Assembly: GCA_003693705.1 (NCBI GenBank)
Contig: RBZT01000846.1
Coordinates: forward strand, 1-64,000
Origin: Polymyxa betae A26-41
Taxonomy: Eukaryota > Protista > Endomyxa: Phytomyxea
Reading direction: 5' to 3'
Length of the DNA: 64,000 nucleotides
Numbering within the stretch: the first letter of the stretch is position 1; the number at the start of each line of letters is the position of its first letter. The notes below the pieces were generated by a model that saw only the letters and a program-made list of their open reading frames with translations, made no database searches and was not told the DNA's origin. The translations under genes were made by a program, and so were the position numbers. Below are positions 12,845-24,900 of the stretch, in pieces.

Positions 12845-14100
12845 ATGGAATTGCAATCGGTGACCTTAAGCCACAATGGGCGACCCATCGTGATCGACGT
12901 CCTTGAGCGCCCAGCCAAATCGGCTGCCCCTGTCTGCCATGTCGTCGTTCTTCCAGGTTTCGAGCGTTGCCTACCCGTCGTTTCGAGCCCCTTCTGAGGT
13001 CACCGTCGATTAGGGAACCCATCCGTTCTGCCCTTCTACGAGGAGTTCACGAACAGGCTCGCTGATGGTCTTCATGGCGTTTCTGTCCATGCAGGTTGTA
13101 TTTTCCTGCTTTCGATTTTCACCAATTTGACAGAGCTGTGTAGTGGGCCATGCTGGGTTTAGTTTCGAGGATCATAACAACGGCGAGGCGTTCGATGTAG
13201 GTTGGCGAAGGTCGGTGATCTGCCTCGTCGAGCTGATAGCGGTGTTCAGCTCGACGACCAGATCGAGCTCAAGATTCTCTACCTCGAGCGGCTGCTGGCG
13301 AAATCGCCGACCCGACTCATCCTGATCGGGCATTCAGTCGGCGCCTTCATGGTCACTTTGAAATACGTTCTTCGTCTTCTTCGCTGACAGCTCAATCAGG
13401 TGATGGAGATTATGAAACGACGCCCTGATTTCCCCATCGATAACGCCGCCTTTCTATTCCCGGCGCTCTGCGATTTCGATGTGTAACTGCGTTTCTTCCA
13501 ATTTCAGTGCAGTTTTTGAAGTTCGCTTTAGAGCGTGGCCGATTCACATCATGAAATATCCGAGCGTGTATGAGCCGCTCGCCTTCCTGGTCTCCTATCT
13601 ACCGGATAGATGGAAGTCGCTGCTGGTGTCGGCGATCCCGAAAGTCCAGCACGAGGCGTCCATGATCGCCCGTCATTGCAATGCCCATACTGGTACGAAT
13701 GGCGCTTTCGGAGTTCGCCGCCTTGATTTCCGCTGCCAGTTCGCAACGGATTCGCCCTGGTCCGCCACGAGCTGCAGCTCATTCGTGAACTGCAACAAAC
13801 CAGCATTGATCTGCTAAACGGGTTCGGCCATAACCTGCTATTCTTGTTCACGCGATTCGATCAATACGTACGGATGGCGTCCGTCGGCATTGTGTTTCTG
13901 AACGTTTTCAGGTACCGCTGCCGCTAGCGAGGCGTATCCAGGCCATTATCCCCAAAGCTGTTCATGTTTTGTTTGACGATCATCTCGAGGTACAGCACGC
14001 ATTCGTGCTGAAAGATAGCGCTCGCGTCGCCGATACGGCTCTGGAATACCTGATCGGGCGTGCGCCGCATTTGTCGCCTCCAAGTCATCCGAATTGTTGA
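12845..14100 (+). CDS. LDAH: Lipid droplet-associated serine hydrolase (LDAH/C2orf43 family), multi-exon
   Basis: Spliced motifs VVLPGNPS..FYEEF, GHAG, LDDQIELK, the nucleophile elbow GHSVG, and D..VP and HAFV. Confidence 0.85.
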
Positions 14101-14260
14101 TTTAGTGTTAAAACGGTTTATTACATGCTGGAAGATCAGATGTAGTGTTTTCTTCAGGTCTCGCATTCAGTTATGTCGTCATGGTTTCTGCCCTCATCGT
14201 GTATACAGCCATGCTTGTAATCTCTGACGAGGAATAAAACTGTTAATAGTTAAATCATAA

Positions 14261-15791
14261 TTAAATTTTATTGACTAATTTGTTGGGCTCTCTGTTGAGA
14301 GATCGCTGGTCCGCCTTCAATGACTCGACATAGTCTTTGGCATCTTGCGATTCTGCGACCGCGACGTCGACGCCATCCCATGAGTTCGTTGTCACAGCAG
14401 CAGTCATGAGATCAGAAAACGATTTGACCTGATTTAGGCAGATCTTCTCACTTCGTCGCGCCTGGACGGCGTTATGCAGCACTGGAGCCAACTCCGTCTG
14501 CAGCAGAGCGTCATCCTCGGAGAGCGTGTTCGGGAATTCGCTCAATGCGGCCGTTGCAAATTCCGACACCTTCACCCAAAGGTCTTTGACAGTAGAACCA
14601 TCATCGAGTGCTTTGACGCATTTAACAAGCGTGTCTGATACTGATGTTCTCATGTTGGAATCAACGGGGCAGCGGCTTTCGCCAAGTTCGATTTCGCATG
14701 CCAGATGGTCGTCATTCTCTTCGATCGTGAACCCTTGGAACAAGAGATGATGAATATTGCTATGAAAACCATTTCAGTTCCATCTGTTGGATGATTCAAG
14801 GAAATCGAACCTTGTGTTGTAGTAGAAATTATGGAGAGATTCCGACGGGTTGAGTTTTACGGTTGATGTCATAACAACAGCATCGAGTTCGGGCTCATAG
14901 CCGATCTCAACATTCGCCTCTGTGGAATGCGTAGCGAAATCGAAGACCGGCATCAGTGCGTTGATGCTCTCCGTCTCGCTCTTCTGCAGCTGCCACATAC
15001 GACCTGAGCGGCATCGTTAAAAACGAGCCACATAAACTCTAATACACAGTACTGTTGACATTCACCCAAAGACGAGAATATTCTTCGAACGTCAATCCGG
15101 TGAAAAACTGCTCAATCGTTGCATATTGCTCCGACAGGATCGACGTCAGCTCGCCGATCATGTTATTGATCATGGAGCTTTTCAGTAATTCGATGTCGTC
15201 CTCCGACCAGAACATTGGCGATGGAACATCCAGCTGTTGTATCATATCAAGATAGACGCCCCATTTGTCTTGATTGGCTAATAAGAACACCACAGCAGCC
15301 CCTAATACAATTTCAGAAATTTTGCTGACGAGAATTGAAAGCTGCATACCGCTCTCGTCTAAGGAATCTGTAAGTTCTGATACAGATTGCACAATATCAT
15401 CAGCGAGGATCATATTCTCATCCAGGATCTGACTTATAGGGACAGTAAGAAGGCGCTCGCCTTCCTCGATGTGTTTCGAAGCGACTAGCTCGTAATATCC
15501 ATCGAAGCCGATCACGTTGATATTGCCGATCTCGGCGCCGTTCTTCAACACCCAATCGAATACGTTCTGGAACGGATTCGTGACGACGGCCGTCTCCTGA
15601 GGCGGCGGCAGCCAACCAGGACGAAGCCAGACCGCCAGAACAGCAACGATGACGACCGTCAACGACACATTCAGCAGCGACAGCAGCGGTCGCTTGGTAG
15701 GAGGCGCTGAAACCGCTTCCGGCTTCTTCAGCGTGGCATGGTCGAAGACGGCGTCGTATTTGGATCCCAGCGATGGGTCGGGTCGAACCAT
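14261..15791 (-). CDS. SET-domain protein of the Rubisco-LSMT/SETD3-like class with an N-terminal transmembrane segment, 3 exons
   Basis: FDWVLKNGAEI, LVASKHIEEGERLLTVP, SPMFWSEDDIELLK, VNSR, LMPVFDFATHS and the LSMT substrate-binding tail FPNTLSEDDALL..AVQARRSEK. Confidence 0.85.
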
Positions 15792-16786
15792 TCTCGTTTA
15801 GATTGTGAATACAACAGGAGCAGCTATGGGGTGAAGGGGGCACAGCCCCAGCAGCCCACTGTCGCCCAGCCCATTATCAACTGCAGCTACAAGTACAAAG
15901 GCCACGCTGTGACAGATCGAATAACAGAAGCACTGAGTCTAGGGTTTTCTATTCGCCTTTGACGCCGATTGCTTAAATCGGGGTCACAGACTGTACAAGC
16001 TGTTAGTCAACAGCGACGGGAACTGCACCAGCTGCATAAGAATCATGCGGGTCCAGCGGTATCGATAGACAACGTGGAGAAGCTACTACCGATTTGGAGC
16101 CATGCGTGATAGGCAGGATTTGGGCTTGCGACAGGGATAACATCTAGGAGGCAGTTAGGCTGATAAGGCTGCTGCGAATCTTTCTTGTCAGGTTATGTTA
16201 ACAAGCCTTACGGGTCACTGGTAGTCCTCCAGGTCATCAAACCCTAATTCAGCAAGATTCTTGCCCGTTCTGCTACCCGTCTGCATCGCGCGATATTGAA
16301 TGAAACGACGTCGAAAAGCGCCTGATAGCAGCCTGGTGTTTACTCAGACGATTGCCTTTAAAGCATCCTCCAAACTGCCTGAATCGCGGGGTGTCTGCTT
16401 GTTCTGGTCTGTCAAATACGGGTACAATAAAATGTGACGAAGAATGTGACAATGAATCAACGCTTCCAAATGGCGCTAGTTCTATAAATCTTTATTCTTG
16501 GGCATTCGAAATCGTGTGTTGGGATGCGCCCGCAACCATGAATCTTGTAATGGCTCCCATCAATTCGGATCAAGCGTTTGCGGCAGCCAATGGTATCTGC
16601 ATTCGATGATGAATACCGATTCGTATCATGACAACGTCTGCCAGAAAGCCGACATCTTGCTGCTTTGTGATTCGAAATCAACGAAGGTGATTCCCATCCA
16701 TCGTCACAGAGCTCGGACGAGGGTGACTGCTAACGCGTGCCTATCAGGCCTAGACCAAAAAAATCTCAGCATATTTATATGGGATT

Positions 16787-17699
16787 ATGTCATCGGTAAT
16801 CAGATGGGCGATCTTGTCGCTGTTGCTAGCGGCCCCGGTCCATCCCGAACCCGGGCGTCTTCGTGAGTTCGAGGCGCTGTCGCTGTTCGGGTCGGGTCAG
16901 AGCGAGTTCTTCACGCTGACCAATGCCCATGCTGGGCCATCGTCCTATCAGCTCTATGCATTCAATGGGAATACGTATGGGAGAGCTATCTCATATGGAG
17001 ACTATACCAAGGGATCGTTCAGTCTATCAGGAGGGGTACGGAAGCGGTTTTCAAACATAACCTTCTCTGAGAATGGCGTTTAGGTGGATTTGAAATTCGA
17101 ATCGGATTTGGGCGAGATGACGGTAGCGGCGAATATCGCGGCTGGATCGTTCTACATGATGTATTTGTATTCGAACGAAGGGCAATCGACGCCCCTGCTG
17201 GGTATCTATGAGTTTACCAAAGACTCGTTCCAGACCGCCATCGAAGCTGGCCTGGCCACCATCTTCTTCATGAACCTGGTTCGTTTAAGGGATGTTCAGA
17301 TCTTCATCAATGGGGTGCTGTTCATGGATCTGCCGGCGCCTCAAGAGGGTAAAGACCCCATCATACCGCAGCCGTTAACAATAGGACCCGACGACTTCAA
17401 TGCTATTATGGAGCTGTATGACACCAGCAATCCAGAGGAAAAGGTTCTGGTTGTCAGAGGGCAGATGCAGCTGCAAGCTAAGAGGGTTGGTTGATTGAAT
17501 GATGTTGAGGCGTTGGTGGCTGAATGCTGTCTATTAGGTGTATGTATGCCATGTGATGGGTGATCCAAGAGCTCAAGAAGAGTATCCCTATACAATCTCT
17601 ATGTATAAGCATTCGTTATCAGCTGCCGTTCGCTTATCAGGGCCATCGGTTCTGATGCATCTGGGCCTAGCGATGCTGGTGGCGTTAGCTGTTCTATAG
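16787..17699 (+). CDS. Secreted, probably GPI-anchored beta-rich surface protein (DUF4397-like), 3 exons
   Basis: Signal peptide MSSVIRWAILSLLLA; two similar beta-rich units (..NG..GRAISYGDYT; TIFFMNLV..VQIFING); C-terminal SAA followed by the hydrophobic tail LMHLGLAMLVALAVL. Confidence 0.6.
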
Positions 17700-17894
17700 T
17701 CGACAGTTTTAGAATACATCACATATTGGCTGGTTTCAGGCAACCTGCAATCCGTTATCGTCGTATCAGATTCATGTTGGTGAATTGTGACTGAAGTTTA
17801 GAAGACACGTTGGCAAAAGATATGAAAAATCTATGGAAGTCGTTGTCGTTTGCAGACAGACACAGAGATCATCGGATACGCCCGATCTCGGGTC

Positions 17895-18349
17895 ATGATG
17901 AAGAAACTGTGGTTTGGCAAAACCCGGTTTAGCCGTTCTGATCCGATTAAGGCCGGGGGTGGTGCTGGTGATGTAAACGATGCACCGTTTATCAGCGAAA
18001 TGCATTTGGGAAACTATCATCTGCAAATGATCGATGGCAGTTGGCAGTTGATGAATGGCGCGACTCCGCCGCCGACGCCGACAGTTGCTGATGCGAATAT
18101 CGACGAAATGAAGGCCGAGATTAGGAGACTTACCCAGCTGGCAAATGATCTTCAGAAACAAAATCATCGTTTGCAGTTCAAGAACCAGGTCCTGGTCGCC
18201 ATGTGCACAATCTCAGGTATGGGGATCGAAATCCGCACTGTTAAACTGGGGGCATTGAGCTGGATTCAGAAGGGGATAGACAGATTGCCGAACTTGAGAA
18301 CGAGCAGTTACTGAAGTCAAATGCGATAACGAAACCACAGCCAGTTTGA
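17895..18349 (+). CDS. CBY1: Chibby-family basal body/ciliary coiled-coil protein, 2 exons
   Basis: MHLGNYHLQMIDGSW resembles Chibby MNLAGQSLKFENGQW, and LQKQNHRLQFKNQVLVAMCT resembles LEEENNLLRLKVDILLDML. Confidence 0.7.
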
Positions 18350-18507
18350 CCTGGTAGGACAACTTCAACATGATGAAACTACATAGAATATACGAGCTCG
18401 GATGGAGCTAACTGCTAACAGCATGATAGAATTGCACAGCACAATTCCTAATAAAGACAAACGTCCGAACAATGGACGTTAAACAACGATGTGGGTCTGT
18501 TTACTTT

Positions 18508-20659
18508 TCATTTCCGTCGTCGTCTGGGTGCGACGCTCTTCCGTATTGTGACGATGGCTTCCATCAGTTTACGGTTGTTGACCGCACGCTTCCTGCTTTG
18601 TTCATCATCGGATAGCTCACAACGTTGCAATAGCGCGGAAGCTTCGCGAACTAGATCGTCTTCACTATTATCGTCGTAAACATCATGTAACGGGGGCTTC
18701 TTCGTGCGTCGAGTGGGTCGCTTTTCGCTCATTTCTGTCAAAGGGCTGCTTTTGGCAGAAGACCTCTTAACCACCGACTTCTTTTTGTGATTAATTCTCG
18801 TTGCTGGTCGATTCTCCTTATCATCGGGGACGGAAACATCAGCGTTTTTCTTTGATCTGCTCCTAGGGTCCTTTTTCGGGCTTTCTTCGGACTCGATGTC
18901 ACCGGTCTTATCGGCAGCTGTAAAGACAGAAACTCGATAATTTGAAAATGAAAGAGAACGCATTTCTATATGGTTGTACCTTTTTGGGCGAGGATAAGTT
19001 TTCTGATCGTACGCAGTGGAAGATTATCGTCATTATCCGTAATAAGGAAGCGCTTATACAATGACGGTAATTGAACCAACTTGTCAATACGACCTGAAGA
19101 AGAGTTGGCTTGGGAGGTAACTCCATGTGAATCGTTCTGACCGAGTCCTTTCTCCGGCCTTTTTCTTGAAGGTTTGGACAACGGTTCTGGCGTCCTTGCA
19201 ATTTTAGCTGAAATGGAAAGTAAGGGAATCCCAGAAGGAGTTCCAGCTGTGTGTCATTACGTTTGGTTTTAAAGGCTTCGGAATCATTTTCGATCAACTT
19301 CAATGGCAGCACTGTCGGCTTCTCTTTTACATTGAGAGTTGCACGCGACGCGACAGGAGTGCTCTTCAGTTTTGCTGTTGCAAAACATTAATGGTAACAA
19401 TGTTAACGAAGCATCGGTCGACAACAACCTTTTGTTTTAAAAGGATTTTCGATCTGTTCGAACCCTTCGGGAAGTTCTGCGGGGGCGATAACTGGCGCGA
19501 CGCTTGGCCGAGGCTTTCTTGGCTGACGCAGCGAAGGGATGTTCGATGTGGGCGTGTTCTTCGGCAGCAGCGACAATCGGGCTTTGATGGTTCTCGGAGT
19601 GACCTGTGGTGGTGTATGTTGAATGGCAGGTGCCGATATCCTCATCCTAGGCGTGGCCAGACCCGTCTCCCGAATGCTCTTTACAGGAGTGTTGTATTGA
19701 TGAGGTAATCCATTCACGGATCGCGACAACGGCGCCGTCAGAGTCGACGAGGACAGAGATTTACGTAAAGGAGTGGAGATATTCGATCTACGTTGAGGCG
19801 CTGTAAGGGTTGCTGGTCGTCGTGGAGTTAGTAATGATGATGGCGATTCTAAGACCGATTGCAATGATGAACCAGTGACCATTGACATGCGTTTGGATCG
19901 AGGCTTCGGCAGTCCTGCTAGGGCTGGCCGTAACGATGGGTTAGCAAGCGACATACGCTTCGATCGAGGCCTGGGTAAGGCGGCAGACATCTCAGAATGA
20001 TTCGGTTCTGAGGCGGCAGGTACGTCTTCCTCCTAGGCACTGATAAGCTCACAACGAGATGTATCGTCATAATAAATGTTTACTGGAACCAGCCGAGTAT
20101 ATCGTAATTCGATTAGGTCAATGAGAGCATTGAAAGCTCGAATTAGGACAGACTTATCTAACCTCGTGATCGATGTCAATGAAGGCGTGCATGGTTCCAG
20201 CCCAAGCACGGCCATCGACCTGAGATAATTCAATACATAAAGAAGTTATTCTGGACTTCTATACTTGGCGAAACGCTGATGGGTGCGAGCATTGACAGTG
20301 GAGAAATTAAAGCCAAGGTCGGCATGGATCTTCAGGATCAGGTGATGGAAAGCGGTCAGAACCTGGACAGGCGTGGCTTCGCGAAACACCCGAAACGGCA
20401 GCTCGTTGTAATGTCGAAGAATACGATGAATGGTGACCTCATCGTCGCTTGACATGAGAATGACACGACAGGACTGTCTCCCTGCTGGGGCGATGGTGTC
20501 GTGGGGCGTATGAAGGCGGCCACCGCCGATCCGATCGCCGTCAAAAAGGAGCTCACTCAGCGACTGTTGAAAAGCCCGCGCCGCCTTGTTGATGAGCGAG
20601 GCTGAAATCGCGTAACGTTAACCCCTGCTGCTGCTCTGTTTTGGACGAGAGCGGGTCAT
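18508..20659 (-). CDS. Hypothetical multi-exon basic Ser/Pro/Arg-rich protein with a degenerate J-like N-terminal segment (5' end uncertain)
   Basis: Consecutive minus-strand ORFs at 20246, 20033, 19403, 18966 and 18508, separated by short GT-AG introns. Confidence 0.55.
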
Positions 20660-20704
20660 CTCTCTCTCTCTCGTCATTACGATGTGGCATTGGATCCGTT
20701 ATAA

Positions 20705-21732
20705 TTACTTAGATTTATTCGACGTCTGCTGCTGGGCACGACGTGCCTTGCCGGGCCGTTTGCCACCCTTCTTCAAATTCCATTTCTTGCCTCGTGCCGC
20801 GTCGTCCTTGGCCAGGTCGTTGCGCTTGCCTGTACGTGGCTTGCCCGAACCGAACTTCTCGTTCTTAAACTGACGCTTTTTGGAAATGGTCTTGGCGGGG
20901 ACATTTTTTTTCTGCTTTTTCACGAGTTTTTCGGCTTTGGCCATTGCCGCATCGAAACTCTCGGCTGTCAGCTGGTTCTTACCGCTGTCTGCAGTCGCAT
21001 TAACTTCGAACCGATATAAACAATGAGCGAACTGAACCTTTTTTCCAGTCATTGATAGCTTTAACGCTGGCCTTCTTCAGATGGGCCCTTTCTAATTTCT
21101 TCTCAGCAGCGGCTTGTTTAGCATGAGCCTTTTGCTCTTTGACTCGCTTGTTTTCGGAAACCTTTTCTATAGCGGCAGCCTCATGCAACAATTTACGCTT
21201 GATACGTGCCATATGGTCATCTGATTTGACCATCTCGGCAAAATAATCGGCTGGGCGTTTGTATAGGATTCCAGCCTGAGTTCACTTAAAACCCAAATGT
21301 TGCAGCAAACTATTATCATTCTAACCTGGTCAAGGCGATTCAACGCCTGCTTAACCGAATTTAAAGTAAAATCGTAACTGATAGAGGTATCAACAAAACA
21401 GAATTCAGAACCAGTCCCGAAAACATACAATTTGACTTCACGGGCCAGATCGTCATCGGGATTAACAGAGATTGACTGATTGTGAGTGATGACGAGAGTC
21501 TCAGCCCAAGGGTAATCTTCTGGAAGCCGAATCTATTACAAAGTTTAATACTCAATATATGGATCAGATGGGACGATGGAACCTGATTCAAGCAATGATT
21601 CAAAGCAAGCTCATTGCGAATCCCATTCAATACGACAGGCTCCTCAGCATCAGAGAGCTGTTCGATAGATTCCGAATCGGATCCTCCCTCTACTTCGTTA
21701 ATGGCGGCAGCCAGTGCCGAATTGTAATCCAT
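20705..21732 (-). CDS. EBP2: rRNA-processing protein EBP2, multi-exon
   Basis: PWAETL, DDDLAREVKFY, KRPADYFAEMVKSDDHMARIKRKL, KNEKFGSG and KRPGKARR. Confidence 0.93.
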
Positions 21733-21900
21733 ATCTTCCAGAAGAAAATCTGTTCAGGAGATAGAAATCTCAATCTGTGGTCAGTTCCGCCTACCGGACT
21801 CCGTGACGGATCCTGAAATTTCTTCGGGTTTCGCATAATTTTTTGTTGGAGAATGGAGACTGATAAAAATTTCCCATTATTTTCACTTTCTTGTGATGTT

Positions 21901-24900
21901 TCATCCAGGTAGATTTGCGATTCGGTTAAATCGCTTCTGGTAGTTTGAAGATTTGGCTGTTTTTCCAGCCTGAAATTTATTTTTTTGTAAGCTTTATTTT
22001 ATCATATTATATTTCTGAATGTGTTTTGCACTGTAGACTCCACATCTAAGACAATTGAGTCAAGTGAAATGGCGTCATTCATGCTGGATGAAGTCGATGG
22101 TGGCGCAGCATACAGTGAATGCACCATTGACTTAATAAACACCTTATCGCGATTTGCTTGTGAGCAGATCGCTGTAACAACACTCGGCAGTGGCGTTGCA
22201 GTGAACAAAGCGATTAAGCTCGATATCGCAATAATATAGACAGATCTCTGACCCAGAGGATTGGGAGTCGCTGGTTTCTGAAGGGATGCCCAGGTTCGCA
22301 ATGAAGATGAATTCGACCCCGACCCGATCCCAGATCGTTTGTCCATCAGAGACTTCAGCCGGCGAATGTAACCTTTGTTTTTCTCATGAACTTCGTTTTG
22401 TAGGAGTTTGTTAGCAGCAAACAAAAGGCAATTCCGGTGTATGTGGACGAGAAGCATTGAGCAGTCGGGTTCCGTTGAGGTGAATTTTGGGCTTGAGGGT
22501 GCAATCTCGGTGTCGGAATCAGTCCGGTTGCTATTCTGCGATTGTTGTGGCGTCAGCGTGCGATTACGGGACCGGTTGCGTCGAAGTGCAAGAGTAAACC
22601 GTTTGCCTGCTCTGACTATACGACTTGATCGGGTCTCTAGTTTGGTGGGTAATGGCCCAGTTGTAGGCGACTCCAGAGGAGTAGAATTAGACGTTCGGGG
22701 ACGTTCAGAGTTAAAATGTTTTTGATGTACAAGGAAGACGTCCATAACGTAGGTGTTTGCAGCGACAAAATCGGCATCAAATGTCAGCAGAAGGCGAACC
22801 ATGCGAGATATTAAGCGGGTAATTCGATTCCGGAAACCGGGGGACGCTTCAGATAAGGACGGAATGTCATATTCGTAAACAAGCAATGCAAAAAAAGCAT
22901 CTCTGACTTCTTTCCAATAGCTCATTGACACCAGGATTAGCTCGGGATCACTTTGACAATGAGCCTAGAGAGAAATCGACTTCAGAGAATCATAATCGAA
23001 TAAGCAAATAAGTCTACCTGCACAGCACGGATTTCAGCAATTGAGAGTAAAGCTGAAGCTAAGTGCAGCAAATCGAAACAATCCGCAAATGTATCGAGAG
23101 CGTGCGTCGCCGGTATTTCAACGCGACTAAGGAAGTCAGCTGATTTCATATCAAAGCCGTTCGATTCCAGCCACGGGCGTAAGCAGTCAACGGGCCAGCG
23201 TAAGATAACGAATACAACAACAAGAACGTCGAGATACGATTGCGCGATTCCCGATAACATTTTCGCGGCATGATAGACGTCGTTGACTTTGGAATAATAC
23301 TCGAATGCTACTGAAAATGCTTGTATACAACCGTTCAAATCAGGTAAGCCCCACTGCAGCAGATGTAGATCGATTCGAGACGGCGATTCTCGAGGCAGCG
23401 TTAGATCATGTAGTTTCCTCGAATCGATTGCAAACAAGGTTCGTGCACGCAAGGAGTGCAAACGGGCGAGCTGCATTAAGTTGGAGGGCGGGCACGAAGC
23501 TATCGCGCTCATAGCTGTAGACAGTGCCGGTTCGTACCGGTCCTGATGCATCAGGGACAGGATGCGGACTTCGAGGAATTCCGGCGTTGAAGCCACGTCT
23601 TCGGGGGCCGAAAACGGCACCATTTGGGGCACATTCAGATGAGCACGCAGAGGGGTGGGAGCTGCCGGCAACTGCATCGACGATGACAATTGAAGCTCGT
23701 CCAGCATTGCATTAACCTGTGCATAGGCGCCTCGTTTCAGGGCGGCACGGGCTAGGAGCAGTTTTACGAACGCTGTCCTTGACCTCGCGAGGTCGTGATC
23801 GAGAATCGTTTGAAACGCCGAAACACTATCGGAGAATCTGCCGGCTGATCGATAGAGTTGCCCGAGTCGTAAATACAACCCGAGACGAGCAGCACGGTTT
23901 CGCCCTAAAGACGGCACCGGAACAGGGGGCGTACAAATTGCCGTTGTATTCGCCATCGACGCAGCCGGGTCAGAGTTCGAGGATCCCGCCGAAGCAATCT
24001 CCTCAAATGGAGCGGATTGAGAGAATGTCAACAGGTTGATCTTAGAGCGGCGTCCGACCGTTCGCGAGCCTGATCGATGCAGACTTGAGTTTTCGTGCGC
24101 CGAACGGGCCATGTAGCGTCCGATGGTGCCGAATTCGCGCCGAATATCGGTCTCGTCGGATATTATATTACGATCTGGAGGGATGGGTCCCAGAGAGGAA
24201 TTGGGGGAAGGAGCGCTCGTTGATCGATGTGATATTTGAGTCAGAAACGATAGTGCGTCGAGCAGGTTCTTTTCGGCATTGACAAAATCGCCGAGCTCGG
24301 CATAAATTTTCGATATTTGTTGCGATAAATAAACGAATTCGGCGACGTTTTCCTGCGTCTTCGATACCGAAAGAATCCGCTGATGAAAGCGCAGAGAGCG
24401 CTCCCAATCGCGATTGTCACCGCAGACATCACAGAGTCGCCGATCCATGGCGCTGAAATCGACACCCTTGCGAAGTTTGTAGATCGAGCTGGCCGCCTCC
24501 ATCGCCAGGACTGCATACTTATATTTGCCATTGTACAACAAGATATCACCGTAAGCTATCAAAGCGTTGGTCCCAAGCTCGGAGACTAAAGGCACCAGGG
24601 ACTGCAATACAGGCTTGGCACGGTCTAATAGATAGATACACTCGAACAGCAACCGCTCAGCGAGAGCAGTATCGTGATGTTCGTGTAAGGCAAAATGACC
24701 TATCACAAAGGCGCACTTCGCGCGAAGCATTGTAGCGCCTTCCAGTTTTTGGTATAAAGCCTCTAGGCGTTCCATTCGAACAGCGGCCGAACCGCAATAT
24801 TTCCAAAGACGAGCTTCCTGCTTCAGCTGTGCAGGCGACATGGCAGGCACGTTCAGCAGATCTGGAGTGATCTCGCAGTCGTTCAATGCAAATTCCAGCC

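Noticed and set aside
15850-16780. About 0.9 kb of intergenic DNA with several 70-120 aa ORFs
   Set aside because: Overlapping ORFs lack motifs or splice structure; possibly a decayed relic, but unsupported.
20602-20622. Possible 21-nt GT-AG mini-intron removing an in-frame TAA after ATG 20659 (minus strand)
   Set aside because: Far below the 45-60 nt norm, and other starts or acceptors are possible; unresolved without cDNA.
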